A stretch of 64,000 nucleotides of DNA from Paludisphaera mucosa (lineage in GTDB: Bacteria; Planctomycetota; Planctomycetia; Isosphaerales; Isosphaeraceae). The number at the start of each line of letters is the position of its first letter. Position 1 is the stretch's first letter. The position numbers and the translations under genes are program-made. A model generated the notes under the pieces. That model saw nothing but the letters and a program-made list of their open reading frames with translations, was not told where the DNA came from and did no database searches. Positions 45,219-54,468 of this stretch are shown here, piece after piece. Where the stretch lies: contig NZ_JARRAG010000001.1 of NCBI RefSeq assembly GCF_029589435.1, forward strand, positions 236,808 to 300,807. The letters are read 5' to 3'.

Positions 45219-48200
45219 TCAGGGCGGGCCGAAAGGGGCCGCGGGGAAGAGGGCGTCCCGCAGCGGCGTCTCGGCCTCGCCTCGGAGGATCGCGAGTTCC
45301 TGGAGGTCCCAGAAGGTGAGCGACGGATCCGCGCCCGCCGCGCACAGTCGCTCGAAGCTGCGGACGGCCGCGTCGAGGTCCCCCTGGCGGGCGTGGGCCA
45401 GGGCCAGGTACGCCCAGTCGGTGGGGATCTCGAGGGCCCTGACGGCGACGCCCGCCTCGACGCGCGCGACGGCCTCATCGAGCCGCCCGGCGCGGAGCAG
45501 GAGCCCCCCCAGGGCGTTCGAGAAGACCTGCTTCAGGATGGGGCTCGGCTCGGGCTTGACCGCCAGACGCTTCTCGAACCAGCGGATCGGCGTCTGGAAG
45601 TCGCCCGGCCCGTCGGGGCCCAGGGCGAAGAGCGACGCGGCGGGCAGGGCGGCCCATATGACGGCCGGGTCCGGTCCCTGATCGGCGAGGACCGCCGCGC
45701 ACGCCTCGCGGTAGCCGGCCCGGTCGCCCGCCTTCAGGCAGGCGACGCCCCAGGCCTGGGCCAGGGCCGGGCTGAGAGGGTTCGTCCGGCCGCAGCGCGC
45801 CAGGAGGCCCGCGGCCTCGGCCCAGCGGCCGGCGCGGCCGAGTTCCTCGGCGCGGGGGACGACCAGCTCGGCCTCGGCGCCCAGCTCGAAGACGCGGGCC
45901 GTCTCGGCCCGGCGGTCGGCCTCGCGGCCCAACTTGCCGTAGACCGCGGCGCGGTCCAGGTGCAGGGAGGCGTCGCCGGGCCGGGCGGCGATCAGGCGGT
46001 CGAGATGCCAGAGCGCCTCGGCCCAGCGGCCGGCGCTCGTGCAGTCGAGCGCGGCGTGGGCCCGGAAATCGAGGACCTCGTCCCGCGATCCGCGGCGCTC
46101 GGCCAGCTCGTAGTCGGCCGCGGCCGCCTCGAACTGGTCGGCCGTCGATCGCGCGCGGGCCCGGCGAGCGTACAGGGTCCAGTCCGCCGGGCGGGCGGCG
46201 ATCAGGCGGTCGAGGTGCCAGATCGCCGCGAAGGCGTGGCCGTCCCGCTCGGCCTCGCGGGCCATCGGCTCGTGCCAGGAGGGGTCGACGTCGAGTCGCA
46301 GCGCGGCGGGGTCGAGCCGGCGGAGCTGTTCGAGCCGCCCCCGCCAGGCGGGGTTGTCGAGCCGCGAGATCGTGCGGTCGGCTTCCATCTTCAGGCCGGT
46401 GCGGGCCTCGATGCGGAGCCTCAGCTCGTCCGGGCCGCCGTCCGCGATCGGCCGCGGGACCGGCCACGTCGTGAAGTCGCCGGCCGTGTCGATGGCGGCG
46501 ACCGATTCGCCGTCGGGCGTGAAGACCACCTTGTTCGTGGGGTGTTCCAGGAACCGCGGGGGCCCGATCGGCTGCAGCGTGGTCGGGTCGAACAGGCGGA
46601 CCGACCCGTCCTGGAACCCCGCCGCGATCAGGCCGCCGTCGCCCCGGAACGCGGCGCAGGCGGCCGGCGAATGCGTGGCGGCGAACCTCGCCGTCACGGC
46701 GGCGGTCGTCGCGTCGCGGAGCTTGACGGTCCCGTCCTTCCCGAGGGTGAGGAAGGCGCGGCCGTCGGGCCGGAAGCCGCCGGACGTCTCGTCCAGCATC
46801 GGTCCGCCGACCGCGCGCCCCTGGATCGCGTCCCATAACTGGGCGTAATGGGCATGGGTCGCGAGCAAGGCCCGGCCGTCAGGACCGAATTCGAGCCGGC
46901 TCACGGGTTCGGTGGCGGGCAGGAGATCGGCCCTGGATTCGCGCGTCGCGACGTTCCAGAGCTTGACGCCGGGCTCGCCCGTGTGGTCGTTGGACAGGCC
47001 GACGGCGAGCGTCGCGCCGTCGGGGCTGTACGCCAGGCTGAGCACGATCTCGCCCTGCGGCAGCGGGCGGCCGACCTCCTCGCCGGCGGACGCGTCCCAG
47101 AACCGCACCAGGCCGTTGAAGTCGCCCGCGGCCACCACCTCGCCGTCGGGCCGGTAGGCCAGGGCCACCACGTAGTTGGTGTGGAGCCTCGGCGGGAACC
47201 GCAGGCGTCCGGCGGCCGCGTCCCAGACCCGCACCTCGCCCGCCGTCCGCCCGTCGGGATTGCTCCCGGTCGCGTAGGACCGGCCGTCGGGGCTGAGCGC
47301 CAGCCCGCGGACGACCCAGCCGGGGTTGTGCGGTGCCGGCGAGCCGAGCGGACGGCCGGTCGCGAGTTCGTCGACCCGGGTCCGTTCGCGACCCGACGCG
47401 TCCCTCAGCCTGGTGATCGCGATCCGCCCGTCGGACGCGAACCCGTTCGCAAGGAAGCTGACGGTCTGCTGCACACGGTCGGGTCGCGACCCCTCCGGCT
47501 CCTCCCGGCCGCCGGTTCGAGCGCCCGCGACGGCCTCCGCCTCCGGGGAGATCCGCCACAGCCGGATGGAGCCGTCGGGCACGACGTCGACGGCCGTCAG
47601 CCCGTCCGGATGCGTCTCGGCTCCGAACCCCGCCGTGGAGGATAATCCGGATGCGCCCAGGGCCCGGCCGTCGGCGGCCCGGCGCTGGAGCCAGGAGTCG
47701 TCCGTGTGCGTCAGGATGCGATCGGCGGCGGGGGTGTAGATCGAGTACCTCGTCCTGGCCATGATCGGGCCGACGGGCCGGCCTCGGCCCGATTCCCAGA
47801 TGCGCGCGAGGTGGTTGTCCTCCTGATAGAGCATCCCTCCCCCGGCGACGGACCCGAACAGGGATTCGCCGTCGGGACTGAACTGCATGCTGACGTTGGT
47901 CTCCAGGAGGGCCTTGCCGTCCGTGGCCCACGAGGCGAGCCGCCGGCCCGAGGGGACCTCGCGAAGGTCGACGTGCACCCGGCCCGCCTCCATGCGGAGG
48001 ATCGCCCCCGTCTCCGCGTCCGGCGACACGGCGGCGAGTCCCGGCCATTCCAGGGGCCCCCCGAGCGCCCGGCCGGTGGCCGCATCCAGGCGGAGCAACC
48101 AGTGCACGTCGCCGTTCTCGGCGTTTCGAATGGCCGTCACCGTGGAACCGTCGAGGCTCGCCCGCATGGCGAACGGCAACGCCCCGGCCTGGTCGACGAT

Positions 48201-50390
48201 CGTCCAGAGCGGCCGCTGCGTCGCCAGGTCGATCGCCGTGACCCCGCGCGGCTCCGCGGCCGCGAAGAGGACCTTGCCGTCCGGCCGGAAGGCGAACGGG
48301 GCGAACGCGCCTTCGAGCGTCTTCAGCCTGGCCCCCGAGGCCGTGTCCCAGAGCACGATCGGCGTCGCGCGTGCGCGATCGCGCGGGCAGAAGCCCGAGG
48401 CGTAGGTCGCGCCGTCGGGGCTGAAGCCGATGTGGGTCGAGGGGGGGCCGCCTTCGCCGATCCGGAGCGGCCGATGGACCTGCCCGATCCAGGCGCCCAG
48501 GTTCCAGCGGACGGCCTTCCGGAAGCCCTCCGCGTCGTCGGGGGCGGTCCGCAGGGCTTCGAGCATCCAGTGCAGGGCGTGATCGGCCCGGCCCTGCTCC
48601 CCCAGGGCGACCGCCTTGTCGAGCGCCAGGCCCGCCGAGAGCCGACGCGACCGGTCGCGCTCCTCGATCGCCTCGCGACGGGCTTCGATCGCCTCGTTCC
48701 GATCGCGCTGCGACCGGTTGTTGGCGAACTTCTCGCGGCTGGCGAGGGACGACTCGCGGAGGGCCGAATCCCGGAAGTACGACGCCGCCAGCAGCGAGCC
48801 GACGGTCGACGCGATCAGCAGGGCCGTCAGCACGCCCCCCAAAATCGCGATCGTCGGGTTGCGCCGGGCCCAGCGCCAGTAACGTTCCGAGGTGCCGACC
48901 TGTCGGGCCAGGATCGGCTCGTCGGCGAGGAACCGGCGCAGGTCCTCGGCCATCGCGTCGGCCGTCGCGTAGCGCGAGCCGGCCTCCTTCTCGACCGCCT
49001 TGAGGACGATCGTCTCCAGGTCGCGGGGGATGCGGCCGTCGATCGATCGGGGCCTCGGCGGGTCCATCGCCTTGACCTGTTCGATCAGCTTCATGCGGTC
49101 GGTCGCGTCGTAGGCCGGGCGGAGCGTCAGCAGCTCGTAGAGGGTCAGGCCCAGGGCGTAGACGTCGGCGCGGGCGTCGCCCTCGCCCCGGAACCGCTCC
49201 GGAGCCATGTAGCGGAGCGTCCCGATGATGTCGCCGGTGGCCGTCAGGCCGTCGTCGTCGGACTTGGCCAGGCCGAAGTCGGTGATCCAGACGACGCCGT
49301 CGGCGTCGAGCAGCAGGTTCGAAGGCTTGATGTCGCGGTGGACGATCCCCCGGGCGTGCGCGTGGGCCAGCCCTTGCGCGGCCTGGCGGCCGATCTGGGC
49401 CACGCTCCGGAAGTAGGGCTGGCGGCGGCCCGTGGTGCTCAGCTCCGAGACGTGCGCGCCGCCGGGCAGCGCCGCCGAGTTCGAGAGGTCGGGCGGCCGC
49501 CCGGCGGGCCCCTCGTCCGCCGCCGCGAGGACGAACTCCCGGCCCGCGGTCGCGTCGAGGTCGGCCGCCTCGGTGGAATCCCGGGCGGGCCCGTCGGGGC
49601 CGTCCGCGACCGGGGACGTCGGGTCCCCCCGGGTCGCGTCGGGCTCGAACGCCCGGGTGCGGTCGCCGCCGGACTCGGCGTTCGGGGGGGCGTTCGTGGT
49701 CGCGAGGTCCCTGGCCAGGAACCGTCCGCTCATGAGCGATTCGGCCATCCGGCCCAGGTCGCGGCGTCGCAGGGCCGCCGTCTCGTCGGGGTCCTCGGTC
49801 GCCGGGGGGTCGCCCGGACCCGGACGGCTCGCCGGATGCTCAACGGGGCTCGATGCGCGCAGCCGGCGCAGCTCGTCGAGGACCTGGTCGAGCCCCTGGC
49901 CCTGGATGAGCTGCATGGCGTAGAAGGCGAGGTCGCGCTCGCGTCCCACTTCGAAGACCGGCACGATGTTGGTGTGGTGCAGCCGGGCCGCGGACTTCGC
50001 CTCGCGGCGGAACCGCTCCAGGGCCGTGCGGTCGCCCACCGCGTGGACCGGCAGGACCTTGAGCGCCACGCGGCGGCCCAGGCTGACCTGCTCGGCCTCG
50101 TACACCACCCCCATGCCGCCCCGGCCGATCTCGCGGAGGATCTGGTAGTCGCCCAGCCGTCGCGCCGGGCCCTCGATCGCATCCGGGGCGTCGGGCTCCG
50201 CGTCGACGTCGACCGCGAGTTCCTGCTCGACCACCAGCATCGCCGGCAGCAGCCGGCGGATCTGGTCGGCCAGCTCGGGGTGGCGGGCGGCGTACTCGGC
50301 GACGGTGGGACGCTCCCCGGCCCGGAACCGGGCCAGGAACGATTCGGCGACCGCCTCGAAGGGGTCGCGGTCGAGGTGCGGCTCGCTCAT
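45219..50390 (-). CDS. Ser/Thr protein kinase with WD40 beta-propeller repeats and C-terminal TPR-like region (about 1723 aa)
   Basis: Kinase subdomains are present: GRGGMGVVYEAEQ, VALKVL, HRDIKPSNLLLD, DFGLAK, GTLRYMAPE. These are followed by a TM-like segment and many WD40 units (e.g. GEVRVWD, LVRFWD, VKLWNV), then Ala/Leu-rich TPR-like repeats. ATG is the reverse complement of 50388-50390. The N-terminal 366 aa of the track ORF are an artefact. Confidence 0.9.
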   Translation of the reverse strand: MSEPHLDRDPFEAVAESFLARFRAGERPTVAEYAARHPELADQIRRLLPAMLVVEQELAVDVDAEPDAPDAIEGPARRLGDYQILREIGRGGMGVVYEAEQVSLGRRVALKVLPVHAVGDRTALERFRREAKSAARLHHTNIVPVFEVGRERDLAFYAMQLIQGQGLDQVLDELRRLRASSPVEHPASRPGPGDPPATEDPDETAALRRRDLGRMAESLMSGRFLARDLATTNAPPNAESGGDRTRAFEPDATRGDPTSPVADGPDGPARDSTEAADLDATAGREFVLAAADEGPAGRPPDLSNSAALPGGAHVSELSTTGRRQPYFRSVAQIGRQAAQGLAHAHARGIVHRDIKPSNLLLDADGVVWITDFGLAKSDDDGLTATGDIIGTLRYMAPERFRGEGDARADVYALGLTLYELLTLRPAYDATDRMKLIEQVKAMDPPRPRSIDGRIPRDLETIVLKAVEKEAGSRYATADAMAEDLRRFLADEPILARQVGTSERYWRWARRNPTIAILGGVLTALLIASTVGSLLAASYFRDSALRESSLASREKFANNRSQRDRNEAIEARREAIEERDRSRRLSAGLALDKAVALGEQGRADHALHWMLEALRTAPDDAEGFRKAVRWNLGAWIGQVHRPLRIGEGGPPSTHIGFSPDGATYASGFCPRDRARATPIVLWDTASGARLKTLEGAFAPFAFRPDGKVLFAAAEPRGVTAIDLATQRPLWTIVDQAGALPFAMRASLDGSTVTAIRNAENGDVHWLLRLDAATGRALGGPLEWPGLAAVSPDAETGAILRMEAGRVHVDLREVPSGRRLASWATDGKALLETNVSMQFSPDGESLFGSVAGGGMLYQEDNHLARIWESGRGRPVGPIMARTRYSIYTPAADRILTHTDDSWLQRRAADGRALGASGLSSTAGFGAETHPDGLTAVDVVPDGSIRLWRISPEAEAVAGARTGGREEPEGSRPDRVQQTVSFLANGFASDGRIAITRLRDASGRERTRVDELATGRPLGSPAPHNPGWVVRGLALSPDGRSYATGSNPDGRTAGEVRVWDAAAGRLRFPPRLHTNYVVALAYRPDGEVVAAGDFNGLVRFWDASAGEEVGRPLPQGEIVLSLAYSPDGATLAVGLSNDHTGEPGVKLWNVATRESRADLLPATEPVSRLEFGPDGRALLATHAHYAQLWDAIQGRAVGGPMLDETSGGFRPDGRAFLTLGKDGTVKLRDATTAAVTARFAATHSPAACAAFRGDGGLIAAGFQDGSVRLFDPTTLQPIGPPRFLEHPTNKVVFTPDGESVAAIDTAGDFTTWPVPRPIADGGPDELRLRIEARTGLKMEADRTISRLDNPAWRGRLEQLRRLDPAALRLDVDPSWHEPMAREAERDGHAFAAIWHLDRLIAARPADWTLYARRARARSTADQFEAAAADYELAERRGSRDEVLDFRAHAALDCTSAGRWAEALWHLDRLIAARPGDASLHLDRAAVYGKLGREADRRAETARVFELGAEAELVVPRAEELGRAGRWAEAAGLLARCGRTNPLSPALAQAWGVACLKAGDRAGYREACAAVLADQGPDPAVIWAALPAASLFALGPDGPGDFQTPIRWFEKRLAVKPEPSPILKQVFSNALGGLLLRAGRLDEAVARVEAGVAVRALEIPTDWAYLALAHARQGDLDAAVRSFERLCAAGADPSLTFWDLQELAILRGEAETPLRDALFPAAPFGPP

Positions 50391-51031
50391 GGTGCGGCCC
50401 CCGAGGTGTCGCCGGGCAAGGCTTCGAGGATCTCCTCGAGCCGCTCCAGGGCGGTGGTGTAGCGCCGGCTCGCCGCCGCGACGGTCAGCCCCAGGGCGGC
50501 GGCGGCCTCGTCGTTGGCCATCTGCTCGTAGTGGCGGAGGACCAGGATCTCGCGGTCGAGCGGGTCCATGCGGTTGAGCGCGTCCTGGAGCCGCAGCTTC
50601 CGCTCGGCCCGCATCGCCTCGCCGGCGGGGCCGGTCGACTGGCCCAGGAGCCGGGCGGCCAGGGCGCCGGTGCCGACGCCGGGCATGGCGCCCCGATAGA
50701 TCGACACCTCGCGGCCGACGTCCCGGCCGGGCGTGTCGAGGTGCCGTCGGTGCTGCTCCTGGACCCGCCGGCCGACCAGCGAGCGGAGCCAGATGTAGAA
50801 CGGCACGGACGGATCGCGGGCGAACTCCCCGAGCCGTCGCGTCGCGTCCTGGCAGCCCTGCCGGACCACGTCCGAGGGGTCGACGAGCCCCCGGAGCCGG
50901 GGGTCCAGCCGCAAGGCCACCATCCGGCGGAGCCGGGGACGGTGACGATCGAGCAGCTCGACCACGGCGGCCCTGTCGCCCGCCGCGGCGCGGGCGACGA
51001 GTCCGGGGACGTGTCCTGGAGTCGGCGACAT
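50387..51031 (-). CDS. ECF sigma factor genetically coupled to the Ser/Thr kinase
   Basis: Sigma-70 region 2 is DVVRQGCQDATRRLGEF...FYIWLRSLVGRRV. Region 4 is EILVLRHYEQMANDEAAAALGLTVAAASRRY. Its stop overlaps the kinase start (ATGA). Confidence 0.85.
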   Translation of the reverse strand: MSPTPGHVPGLVARAAAGDRAAVVELLDRHRPRLRRMVALRLDPRLRGLVDPSDVVRQGCQDATRRLGEFARDPSVPFYIWLRSLVGRRVQEQHRRHLDTPGRDVGREVSIYRGAMPGVGTGALAARLLGQSTGPAGEAMRAERKLRLQDALNRMDPLDREILVLRHYEQMANDEAAAALGLTVAAASRRYTTALERLEEILEALPGDTSGAAP

Positions 51032-51282
51032 GTTCTTCACAATAGGGATCAATCTTGCGGGGTTCAACTTGTGGATCCAAACAACATCTCATTTTTCGCC
51101 TCCGACGCGAGGAAATCGCCCCCCTCGGGGGGGATCTCCGATCCAGGACGACCCGCCCGGTGTATGCGTCGTCGAGGGCCGGCGGCGACGGAGTGGCCGT
51201 CGCGTCGGGATGCCCTCCGCGGACCCCGGTCGAGGGGCCCGAACCGCCTCGCGCCCGAGGCCGATTCCGACGAGGGAATCGA

Positions 51283-52233
51283 ATGGACGCTTCCAGTGAC
51301 CAGGATCGAGACGGCGACGGCGTCGACCGTCGCGGGTTTCTCCGCTGCATGGCCTGGGCGGGGACGGGGCTCGTGTGGACGGTGGGCGGCGGCGTGCCTT
51401 CGTCGCGGGTTTTCGGCCAGGCCGCCGGACAGGCCGCCGGCGGGTTCTCGTTCGTCCAGATCAGCGACAGCCACATCGGCTTCGGCAAGGAACCTTACAA
51501 GAAGACCGTGATCGCCACGCTCGAAGTGGCCGTCGCGCGGGTCAACGCGCTGCCCGAGAAGCCCGACTACCTCATCCACACCGGCGACCTCACCCACCTG
51601 TCGACCTCGAAGAAGTTCGACGCCGTCTCCGAGATCCTCAAGGGGGCGAAGGTCGGCCGGATCGTCTACGTGCCCGGCGAGCACGACGTGGTCGACGGCG
51701 GGTCGGAGTAGCGCAAACGCTTCGGCGCGGGCACGCGGGGCGAGGGCTGGTACAGCTTCGACCACGAAGGCGTCCACTTCGTCGCGCTCGTCAACGTCGC
51801 GAGCCAGGGGACGGACGGCGGGCTCGGGGTGCTGGGCGTCGACCAGCTCGGCTGGCTCAAGGCCGACGTGGCGGGCCTCGCCGCCAGCACGCCGATCGTC
51901 GTGTTCGCCCACGTCCCCCTCTGGTCGGTGTATCCCGAATGGGGATGGGGGACCGAGGACGGCCTGCAGGTGCTCGGGCTCCTCAGGCGGTTCGGCTCGG
52001 TCACCGTCCTCAACGGCCACATCCACCAGACGCTCCAGAAGGTCGAGGGCAACGTGACCTTCCACGCCGCACGCTCGACGGCCTTTCCGCAGCCCGCGCC
52101 CGGCAGCGCGCCGGCCCCGGGGCCCATGAAGAACATCCCCGCAGGCAAGCTCCGCACGTTCCTGGGGGTGACGAGCGTGAGCTACCGCGAGGGCCGGGCC
52201 GCCCTGGCGATCACCGATACACCGCTGGGCTGA
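51283..52233 (+). pseudogene. Tat-signal calcineurin-like metallophosphoesterase interrupted by a single in-frame TAG (51709-51711)
   Basis: Tat motif DRRGFLRCMAWAGTGLVW. MPE motifs lie on both sides of the stop (QISDSHIG, IHTGDLTH and VPGEHDV before it; LNGHIHQ after it). The frame continues uninterrupted after GGSE-TAG-RKRF. Confidence 0.7.
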
Positions 52234-52359
52234 GACCCCATTCACCCGGCTACGCGACGCGCTCGATCCGCCGCGAAGCCGGGTGGGGGACGCACGCCGG
52301 GGGAATTCGCGGCGAGGACGTGAGCCGGTAGACTGGACCCTTCGGGCCGGGGATCGACG

Positions 52360-53391
52360 ATGAGGCAGGTCGCGAGCAATCGGACGATGGTCGAACGCAG
52401 CCCCAGCGACGAGGAGCTGATGGCGCGCCTCGCGGCGGGGTCGCGCGACGCCCTGGGGCCGCTCCACGGCCGCTACGCGTCGCTGGTCTTCGACGTCGCC
52501 GCCCGGTCGCTGGGCCGCGCCTCGGCCGAGGAGATCGTCCAGGAGGTCTTCGTCGCCGTCGGGCGCAAGGCCGTCACGTTCGACCCGGCTCGGGGCGCCT
52601 TCCGCCCCTGGGTCCTGGGGATCGCCCACCTTCGCGTGATCAACGAGCTGCGACGTCGGGGCCGGCGGCCGCGGATCGAGGCCGACCCCGAAGGCCATTA
52701 CGTCGGGAGCGCGCCCGAGCCCGGCCCCGGCGCGGCGGAGGCGGCGTGGGCCGACCACCGCCGCGAGATCGTGCGCGCCGCCGTCGAGGCCCTGCCGCCG
52801 CCCCAGCGCCAGGCGCTGAGCCTGGCCTTCCTCGAAGACCTCACCCACCAGCAGATCGCCGACTTCCTGGACCTCCCCCTGGGGACGGCCAAGGGCCGCA
52901 TCCGCACCGGCCTGCAAAGCCTCCGCGGGCGCCTCGCCCCGCTGCTGGCGGCGGGCCTCCTCGTCGTCGGCCTGATCGCGGCGGCCCTCGTCCGCGACGG
53001 GATGTGGAAGGCGGACATCCGTCGGGAAGAGGCGGCCCTCCGCCTGGTGACGTCCAGCGACGTCGCACCCCGACGCCTCACGGCCGCACCCGGGACCCCC
53101 GCCGAGACCCACGGCCAGTATCGGGCCCGTCCGGGCGTGGCGATGGCCGTGACGACCATCTCCCGGATGCGTCCTGCGCCGGCGGGCCGCATCCATCGAG
53201 CCTGGGCCCTGTTCGACGGCCGCTGGCACCTGCTGGGCGACGTCCGCCCCGACGCCGGCGGCGCCGACCTGCTCCTCAGCGAGGGCCCCCACCTGGCCGC
53301 CCCGCCGACCGCCCTGAAGGTGACCCTGGAGCCGACCGCCCCCTCCACCGAACCGACCGGCCCGACCGTGATCGCCTGTCCGTCGCCGTGA
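52360..53391 (+). CDS. ECF sigma factor fused to a C-terminal TM plus anti-sigma-like domain
   Basis: Region 2 is VQEVFVAVGRKAVTFDPARGAFRPWVLGIAHLRVIN. Region 4 is ALSLAFLEDLTHQQIADFLDLPLGTAKGRIRTG. A TM segment LLAAGLLVVGLIAAALV follows. Confidence 0.7.
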   Translation: MRQVASNRTMVERSPSDEELMARLAAGSRDALGPLHGRYASLVFDVAARSLGRASAEEIVQEVFVAVGRKAVTFDPARGAFRPWVLGIAHLRVINELRRRGRRPRIEADPEGHYVGSAPEPGPGAAEAAWADHRREIVRAAVEALPPPQRQALSLAFLEDLTHQQIADFLDLPLGTAKGRIRTGLQSLRGRLAPLLAAGLLVVGLIAAALVRDGMWKADIRREEAALRLVTSSDVAPRRLTAAPGTPAETHGQYRARPGVAMAVTTISRMRPAPAGRIHRAWALFDGRWHLLGDVRPDAGGADLLLSEGPHLAAPPTALKVTLEPTAPSTEPTGPTVIACPSP

Positions 53392-53535
53392 GCGAGGGCA
53401 TCCTCGGTCCCTCCTCGGTTTCAGAGGCTGTCCTTGAAGGTCAAAGAGGAGAGCCCACGTCACAGGTGGCGATCACGAGGACGTCGGTGCGCTGTAGACG
53501 GTCTGGGAGGGGGGGCGCGGCCGGGCGTTTCCTGG

Positions 53536-54051
53536 TCAATCGTCCTTGGGCCGGAGGCGTAGGAACGTCTCGATCATGTCATCGGCGATCGCGACCAGGG
53601 GGGACCACTGCGGCGGGGACTCCGTCCACCACCGTAATCGGACCTCGGATTGGAGATCGCCGAAGAGGGCCAGGTGATAGTCCGTACCGTCGAGCCCACC
53701 CATATCGTTCAGCAGCGGCCCGATAGGCAACGTGAGGGTCCGGAGCTTGTCGAAGTACTCCCTCAACATGTCGCCGCTCGCGTCCAGTTCCTCGTACCCC
53801 GAAAGCTTCGGTCCGCTGTAGTCCTCGTTTGAAATCTCACTGCGAAAGAGCCTCCACGTCACGCCCAGGACCCGGACGTCCCAGGCGAAGCCCTGTTCGA
53901 AGGAAGGGACCAAGACGACCTGGAGCCTGCGGACGCCGATTCCCGGCACGAGCACGTCCTCCACGAAGTCGCGAGAGGCCGTTCGCGCCTGATCCCACAT
54001 GGCCCGGTCCCGAGCCTGCTTCTGATGCTCCCGCGACTTTCGATTACCCAT
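53536..54051 (-). CDS. hypothetical protein (171 aa) in lower-GC patch
   Basis: Balanced, non-repetitive composition (MGNRKSREHQKQARDRAMWDQARTASRDFVEDVLVPG...). No recognisable domain. Confidence 0.5.
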   Translation of the reverse strand: MGNRKSREHQKQARDRAMWDQARTASRDFVEDVLVPGIGVRRLQVVLVPSFEQGFAWDVRVLGVTWRLFRSEISNEDYSGPKLSGYEELDASGDMLREYFDKLRTLTLPIGPLLNDMGGLDGTDYHLALFGDLQSEVRLRWWTESPPQWSPLVAIADDMIETFLRLRPKDD

Positions 54052-54132
54052 GACGTAAAAGGTCCAGGCGGTGACGGGGGGCGTTGCCAGCCAGAGACGC
54101 GCCAGGATTAGCCGGAAACCGTTGTTTCAAAG

Positions 54133-54185
54133 GTGGTCGACCTTCCCCCCCCCCGCGAGGGGGGGGAAGGCCGTCGTTCGACGAC
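54133..54185. repeat. REP-like hairpin repeat (copy 5, long G/C stem)
   Basis: Sequence is gtcgaccttcccccccccccgcgaggggggggaaggccgtcgttcgacgac. Confidence 0.4.
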
Positions 54186-54468
54186 GAAGACGACCTTCGG
54201 GAATCGTCGCTCATCGCGCAACAGACCGCCGAATCGGTCCCATATTCTTATCGTCGGCCCGATGCGCATCGACGCGTCGCATCGCGTCGTCCCGGCCGGC
54301 GAGGACAGATTCAGGGCTGTGGAGCAGGGCGAAAAAACGATAACGCAAGTCGCCGTGAGAAGAGAGAAAAACTGGATGTAGGCCGAATGCAGCATTCAAC
54401 TTGCGACCGATGGCTTCGTTGGTCGCGACGACGAAGGAAGCCAGAGGGAAGCCAATCGCGGCGGGCCG

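Noticed and set aside
45393-50462. Two long plus-strand ORFs (481 and 918 aa) inside the kinase gene
   Set aside because: Antisense artefacts with Arg/Gly/Pro-rich composition. The kinase, WD40 and TPR domains on the minus strand explain the region.
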